DNA from: Pelagomonas calceolata
Lineage: Eukaryota
Assembly: GCA_918797485.1 (NCBI GenBank)
Contig: CAKKNE010000003.1
Coordinates: 3,782,001-3,846,000 of the forward strand
Direction of reading: 5' to 3'
DNA length: 64,000 nt
Every line of letters begins with the position of its first letter. Position 1 is the stretch's first letter. The notes under the pieces are model-generated. The model saw nothing but the letters and a program-made list of their open reading frames with translations. It had not been told where the DNA came from and did no database searches. Positions 59,028-64,000 of this stretch are shown piece after piece. The position numbers and the translations under genes were made by a program.

Positions 59028-60602
59028 TCAGAGCTCCACGACGGCCGCGGCCTCGTCGTCGTCGTCCGCCTCCTCGACAACCCCCCGCTGCTGCGACCGC
59101 ACGTACGCCAGCCGCGCGTCCCTATAAACGTCGGACCCGCCGGCCATGTTCGCCAATATAGTACTTCCGCGCGTGCGGCCGCTCTTGGACGACTCCTCGA
59201 CGTGCTTGTTCGGGTCGGAAGGGGGCGTGAAGCCCCAAACATCAGACTCGAACGGTAAAACCATGCCGTCGCGGTTCGTATCCTGGGAGGGAAGCGGCGC
59301 CAAGGGCTTGACCGCGCCGGACCGCCGCGCGTGCTCCATTTGGAGCTGCTGGTACAGCGTCGAGCCCTTGGCGACGCGCTTCCGGAAGGACTCGGCCGGC
59401 GGCCGCCGCGACAGGTTGCGCGGCTTCGGCGGTTGTTGGTACTCGGGCACGAGCTTCCGCGGCGTCGTCGTGCGCGGCGTGAGCGTCGTTGTAGGCGCGC
59501 GGCGCTCGGGGGATCTCAAACCGGTTTGTAGATTGTTCCGGGGCTTCGGCGCGAAGGTCCGCCGCCGCAGCTCGGCGGCGGCGCGGTTCCTTGCTTCGAA
59601 CGCGCCCGCTACCGAATTCTCCGGGGTGGTGATGCGTGGCTTTTGGTAGGGCGTCGGGCCGAAGCCCGGCGCCCGGTAGGGCCGCGGGGCCGCGGTCGGC
59701 GGCGCGTAGGGCGCCGGGGCCGCGGGCGGCGGCCGCGCCGGGTACGCGGGCGCGGCCGGCGGCGCGTAGGCGGCCGGCGGCGGCTGGCGCGGGTAGACCG
59801 GCACCGCGGCCGGCGGCACCGAAGGCGGCGCCACCGGCGCGGCGGCCGGCGCCGTCGACAGGTCCCGCAGCTGGCGCACCTCGGCCTTGGCGCCTCTACG
59901 TAGCCGCTCGCGCTTCGCGACCTCCTCGGCGAGCTCCGTCGCGTTGCGCTTCTGTGCGACGAGCTCGAGGCGCAGCCGCTCGTTCGCCGCGCGGAGGTCG
60001 CGCTGCGCTGACCGCAGCGCGTCGATCTCGACCCTCAAGGCCGCGACGGTGGCGCGGAGCGCGTCATCATCATCACCGTCAAAGGTACGGCGCGCCGCGC
60101 CGTAGCGCTCGCCATTTGAGGTTGGAGCGAGGGGCGGGCCGCGGAAGAGGCCGCGCGCGGGGCCGAAGACGGGCTGCGTCGTCACGGTGCCGGGTCGCGG
60201 CGGCGGCGGCGGCGCCGCGGCGGGCGGTGCGGTCCACGGCGGCGGCGCCGCGGCGGGCGCGCGCAGGAACGGCACCGCCGGGGGCGGCGGCGCCTCGCAG
60301 GGCGCCGCGCGCGCGTCGCTCCGCAGGAACGGCGACGCCTTCGAGGAGAACGCGGCCGCCGCGGCCGTCCGAGGCGCCGCGGCCGGCGGCGGCGCCGCGG
60401 GCCGCCCCGGCGGGGCGGCCGGCGCGGGACTGCGGCCGCCCCTGGCGCCGGGGAAGCCGGGCACGGCGGCCGTCGAGAGCCGGGGCAGCAGGACGCAGAG
60501 CCGCAGCAGGCGCGCGGCGCCGGAGCGGGTGCCGGCCGGCCGGCGGTGGTGCGGCGGCGCGGCGGCGTGCGGCCGCCGCGGGGGCTGTCGCGCTGGGGAC
60601 AT
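59028..60602 (-). CDS. Pro/Ala-rich hypothetical protein with coiled coil (start could be 60746)
   Basis: Long ORF; LRATVAALRVEIDALR..LRAANERLR coiled coil; low complexity. Confidence 0.5.
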   Translation of the reverse strand: MSPARQPPRRPHAAAPPHHRRPAGTRSGAARLLRLCVLLPRLSTAAVPGFPGARGGRSPAPAAPPGRPAAPPPAAAPRTAAAAAFSSKASPFLRSDARAAPCEAPPPPAVPFLRAPAAAPPPWTAPPAAAPPPPPRPGTVTTQPVFGPARGLFRGPPLAPTSNGERYGAARRTFDGDDDDALRATVAALRVEIDALRSAQRDLRAANERLRLELVAQKRNATELAEEVAKRERLRRGAKAEVRQLRDLSTAPAAAPVAPPSVPPAAVPVYPRQPPPAAYAPPAAPAYPARPPPAAPAPYAPPTAAPRPYRAPGFGPTPYQKPRITTPENSVAGAFEARNRAAAELRRRTFAPKPRNNLQTGLRSPERRAPTTTLTPRTTTPRKLVPEYQQPPKPRNLSRRPPAESFRKRVAKGSTLYQQLQMEHARRSGAVKPLAPLPSQDTNRDGMVLPFESDVWGFTPPSDPNKHVEESSKSGRTRGSTILANMAGGSDVYRDARLAYVRSQQRGVVEEADDDDEAAAVVEL

Positions 60603-61220
60603 GCATTGCGGCGGCGAGCCAGCGCACGCGCGGCCCCCGCGCGCGCAGGTATTTGCTGTATCGACTGCAGCGCTGCTGCAGGCCTGTGCGCCGCGCGCTG
60701 GCGTAGCGCGGCAGCCCGCGCTCGGTCGCATCGGTTCAGTATCCATGCCTAAGGCTTGCTAGCGTTATATAGCCATGCGGAAGTGGTCTAGCGGCGCGTT
60801 TATCGACTTCCCGCTTAAAATCGCAGCAGCCGTTAGTGCGGGTTTTGCGGCTAAATCGTAAGTCCCCCCAGAGTCGGACACCGGCCGGAGTACCCCTGGA
60901 CCAACACGGAAGAGCGTGGGCAGCCCTTTTAGTGCGGCAACGCCCAGGCTCGCGCTCGTGTGACGCGCCGACTCCGACGGTGTCGCAGGTATGCTGCCCA
61001 TTTTGGAGCAGCCGCGAGTATGATGCCGGTTCATATATCTATTCGCCCCGACGGTACCTGCCGGCCGGGTCCGGGCCCGGGAAAGCCGCCGAAACGCCCT
61101 CGGCGACGGGCAGCCGACGGCACGGGTCGTCTCTTGGCCCCAATCTACCCCCAGACCCAGTTCTGGCGCCAACGAGGCGCAAGATATACGCCACCGAGGA
61201 GAAAGCACACACACAATACG

Positions 61221-62195
61221 TTAAGAGGCCGGCGGCGCCCCGACAAAAAAGCCGCTCCGCCGCACCGGCGGGGCCACGCGCATGGTAGGCCGCTCCAGCA
61301 AAGGCGGGGGGCCCACATGGATCCCCCGTCGCCGATGCAGATGCCTATGACGATGGTGGTGCCGCGCCGGCGTGTTTGAAAAGAAGTCCAGCACGTCGAC
61401 CACCGACGGGCCCCTCATATCATTACTGGAAGGCCGCGCCAGATCATTAAACGTATGGGCCATCGTTTTATGTAAACACGCCGTCGTATTTGCTCTACAA
61501 CTCACACCGACGCGGCACGTCGCGTGCGTGCTCTCCACCACATTGTATGAAGCGCATCTATTCACGCGGAGCCACCGCTCGTAGACGCCGAAAAAATGAA
61601 CACATTCATCTGACCTCTCATCTATGTTACAGCAGCACTTGGCACCGCTACAACAACCAGTAACCTTGACCACGCCGTCCTTCAACCCGTGGTGCATGGT
61701 TATCGGCGTCGGTCGCGTCGTGTTCAGGTGCGTTTGGTGGCCGCCCCACGGCGAAATGCCGTCAAATAGATGGGCGGCTTTCGAGACCATATACCCACCG
61801 TTCGAGAAGCCAGCCCCAAACACGCGGTCCGCTCCTGTTCTATCTCGTACGTCTTCGACGAGCTTCTGGAGGAAGCCCACGTCGTCCAAATTCTGCTTTG
61901 CGGCGTCGCCGCAGCAGGCCCCGCCGTTCCACGACTTGTGATGACCATAAGGTGCGGCCGCGGCCCAGCCCCGGGACTGGACTAGTTTCGCCGTGCGCGC
62001 CCAGGCCCTTAATGGCGTGCCGCCGAAGCCGTGAATGAGGACTACCACTACCGGCGCGTGGCCACAAACGCCGTGGGCCCGTGGTCTCCATAAATGGTAG
62101 CGCCGCACGCCTAAGTGCAGAGCTTCGACGCAGTTGTGGTCGGTGTCCTGCGCGCGGGCCGCCGCGACGAGGGCTAGCAGGCTGAGATTGCGCAT
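61221..62195 (-). CDS. Secreted alpha/beta-hydrolase (LpqC/PHB-depolymerase/feruloyl-esterase-like)
   Basis: Signal peptide; LIHGFGG; WNGGACCG....DDVGFL; GFSNGG nucleophile elbow; HG..D. Confidence 0.85.
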   Translation of the reverse strand: MRNLSLLALVAAARAQDTDHNCVEALHLGVRRYHLWRPRAHGVCGHAPVVVVLIHGFGGTPLRAWARTAKLVQSRGWAAAAPYGHHKSWNGGACCGDAAKQNLDDVGFLQKLVEDVRDRTGADRVFGAGFSNGGYMVSKAAHLFDGISPWGGHQTHLNTTRPTPITMHHGLKDGVVKVTGCCSGAKCCCNIDERSDECVHFFGVYERWLRVNRCASYNVVESTHATCRVGVSCRANTTACLHKTMAHTFNDLARPSSNDMRGPSVVDVLDFFSNTPARHHHRHRHLHRRRGIHVGPPPLLERPTMRVAPPVRRSGFFVGAPPAS

Positions 62196-62566
62196 GTCTC
62201 GCGCTCGGTCGCGTCGAAGGCGTGGGGAGGCCAGAGCAAGGGTTCCGCAGCTGCTCTTCCTAGGCTCTGCCGAGCTCTAAAGCCCCAAATGAGGCTGCCC
62301 AAGGCCAAAAACCACAAGGTTGCTAGTATGTTACCGGACGCTAGCATCGCTTTGCAGCACGAAACAAAAAGAGCAGGAAGCGCGGCCGTGATCGCCGCAA
62401 ATACACGCGGGAGGGCCGACCGTACGCACGTTGCCGCTGTGCTCAAAAAGAGCGACGAGTTTGCGTCGACTAGCAAATCACTGCACGCTGCACTGCGCTG
62501 CAGCGGGCGATACCGCGGCGGAACGCCGGCGACGCGACGTAGACACAACAGGACCACCAGTGAACC

Positions 62567-63172
62567 ATGGGCCGCTCGCAGCGCAGCAACCGCCCACCAA
62601 AAATGGTCACGGAAGCCACATTCGACGTCGAGGCGCGAAAAGATTGGCTCCAAGGGTTCCGGAAGCGGAAGCGCGAGCGGCGCCTCACGGGCCTGGCCCA
62701 CGGCGCGCTCAAGGCGCGGAAGCAGAAGCTCGCCGACCGCGCGGCGCGGCGGTCGATGCGGCCGCCGCCGGCGCCCGAGCCCGTCGTCCTGGACGAGGCG
62801 CCGGCGACGCGCGAGACCGTCGTGCTCACTGACAGCAATGTCGTGGAGCAGTGGGGCGCCGCGGTCACGGTCACGACCACTGTGGGAGGTTTAGACGTGG
62901 ACGCCGAAGACGCGGACGCGGCCGAGGCTTTGTTACGCGGAGCCCACGCTCCGCCTCCGAAAAAACGCGTCGACGCGGCCCAGGTCGAAGCGGGCACGCT
63001 CGAAGCCGCTCGACGAAAGGTCGCCCACCTCGGCGCGCAGTCCGCGAAACGCCAGCGCCGCGCCGCCCGGAAACGGGACGCGAACCCGCATTTCAAGGGC
63101 GGCGGCCGCGGCGCGGCGCGCGCGCTACTGGACGGTGCGGCGGCGAAGCGCGGCGCCAAGCGTAAGAAATAA
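62567..63172 (+). CDS. NOL12: Nucleolar protein 12 / Rrp17 (Nop25) family
   Basis: TFDVEARKDWLQGFRKRKRERR matches the family N-terminal signature; TVTVTT; basic tail. Confidence 0.8.
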   Translation: MGRSQRSNRPPKMVTEATFDVEARKDWLQGFRKRKRERRLTGLAHGALKARKQKLADRAARRSMRPPPAPEPVVLDEAPATRETVVLTDSNVVEQWGAAVTVTTTVGGLDVDAEDADAAEALLRGAHAPPPKKRVDAAQVEAGTLEAARRKVAHLGAQSAKRQRRAARKRDANPHFKGGGRGAARALLDGAAAKRGAKRKK

Positions 63173-63184
63173 GTAGTAGTAGTC

Positions 63185-64000
63185 TTACATCACATTTTTT
63201 GGGTCGGTGGCTTTATCGAAGATCAGTGGTGGCGGCGGCGCCGCCGCGACGGCAGGCGGCGGCGCCACGCGGAAGGCGACGACGTCGCCGCACTCGTAGA
63301 CGGCGGCGACCACGTCGGGGCCAAGCCATCCCAAAAAGGCCGGTCTTTCCGAGGCCCCGGACGGGTGCGCCGCGTCGAGTTGCGGGAACAGGAAGAACTG
63401 CGGTTTCATATCTTCCGGCCGCTGCGGGTGGCCCTGGCCGCCCTTCTTCAGCCGGCCCCGCAGGTTCCAGAGCCGCACCACACCCGTTGAATCGGCGGTG
63501 GCCAGGATCGCGCCGCCCGGCGCCCACGCGACGCACCGCTCGCGCGACCCGTCCTGGAAGCCCAACACCCTAGGGATGTAGTCCGGCCCGTCGCCCCGGT
63601 CCCGTCGATAGGGGTGCGGTGGCCGGTCGCCCGAGAAGTCGAAGCATGCTGCGCGTGCGCCCGTCACCGCAAGAAATGCACCGTCCGCGCTCCAGGCCAG
63701 CGCTTCGCCGTCGCTCTGGCAAAACGACTGGAGCGACGCCGCGAGATCCTCGCCGCCCCAGACCTGGACCGCCCCGTCGAAGGTGCCCGCCGCCACAAAG
63801 TCCCCTCGGGCCAGGAGCGACCGCAGCGGCCTCTGGGAAGCGTAGCGCCAGTTGACCTCGCCGTCGCGCTGCACCAGCACGCAGACGCAGCCGTGCGCGA
63901 CCGCGTAGCCTCGGAACAGACCCGCGGACGCGTCGCAGAGCGCGCGCACCGGCGCCTCGAAGGTTACGGCATGGATCAAATCGCCGGTCAACGAGCAGCA
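63185..64000 (-). CDS. WD40-repeat protein, 5' end outside window
   Basis: AAGTFDGAVQVW; LAWSADGAFLAV; VAWAPGGAILATADSTGVVRLWN. Confidence 0.75.
   Translation of the reverse strand, partial: CCSLTGDLIHAVTFEAPVRALCDASAGLFRGYAVAHGCVCVLVQRDGEVNWRYASQRPLRSLLARGDFVAAGTFDGAVQVWGGEDLAASLQSFCQSDGEALAWSADGAFLAVTGARAACFDFSGDRPPHPYRRDRGDGPDYIPRVLGFQDGSRERCVAWAPGGAILATADSTGVVRLWNLRGRLKKGGQGHPQRPEDMKPQFFLFPQLDAAHPSGASERPAFLGWLGPDVVAAVYECGDVVAFRVAPPPAVAAAPPPPLIFDKATDPKNVM

Noticed and set aside
1..64000. Autonomous transposase for the introners; tRNA or rRNA genes
   Set aside because: No transposase-like ORF or recognisable tRNA/rRNA sequence seen in this window

Overview
Gene-dense, GC-rich eukaryotic nuclear DNA, most likely from a pelagophyte alga (Pelagomonas/Aureococcus-like; inferred from composition, gene families and intron style). 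About 34 protein-coding genes. Recognisable ones include RNR large subunit, pyruvate kinase, Xaa-Pro dipeptidase, a WW+DEAD-box helicase, PDI, an auxilin-like J protein, clathrin light chain, a tesmin/CXC protein, an SDR, a GT10 fucosyltransferase and NOL12/Rrp17. Three things stand out. (1) A family of introner elements: short non-autonomous DNA transposons with CTGTGTGGAAATCA terminal inverted repeats and 8-bp target-site duplications. They form precisely spliced introns in both orientations and show a decay series across several genes. (2) A ~12-kb single-ORF surface protein built from 7 DUF285/BspA-like repeat modules and 10 copies of a ~170-aa Cys/Trp-rich domain I cannot assign. Alternate copies carry the C-type-lectin sugar-specificity motifs QPD, QPD, RPD and EPN. 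(3) A recurrent ~25-bp non-coding motif (GCTAGCGGCCnGTAAGACACTAGCA) near the 5' end of many genes. Intron coordinates and many start codons are inferred from sequence alone.
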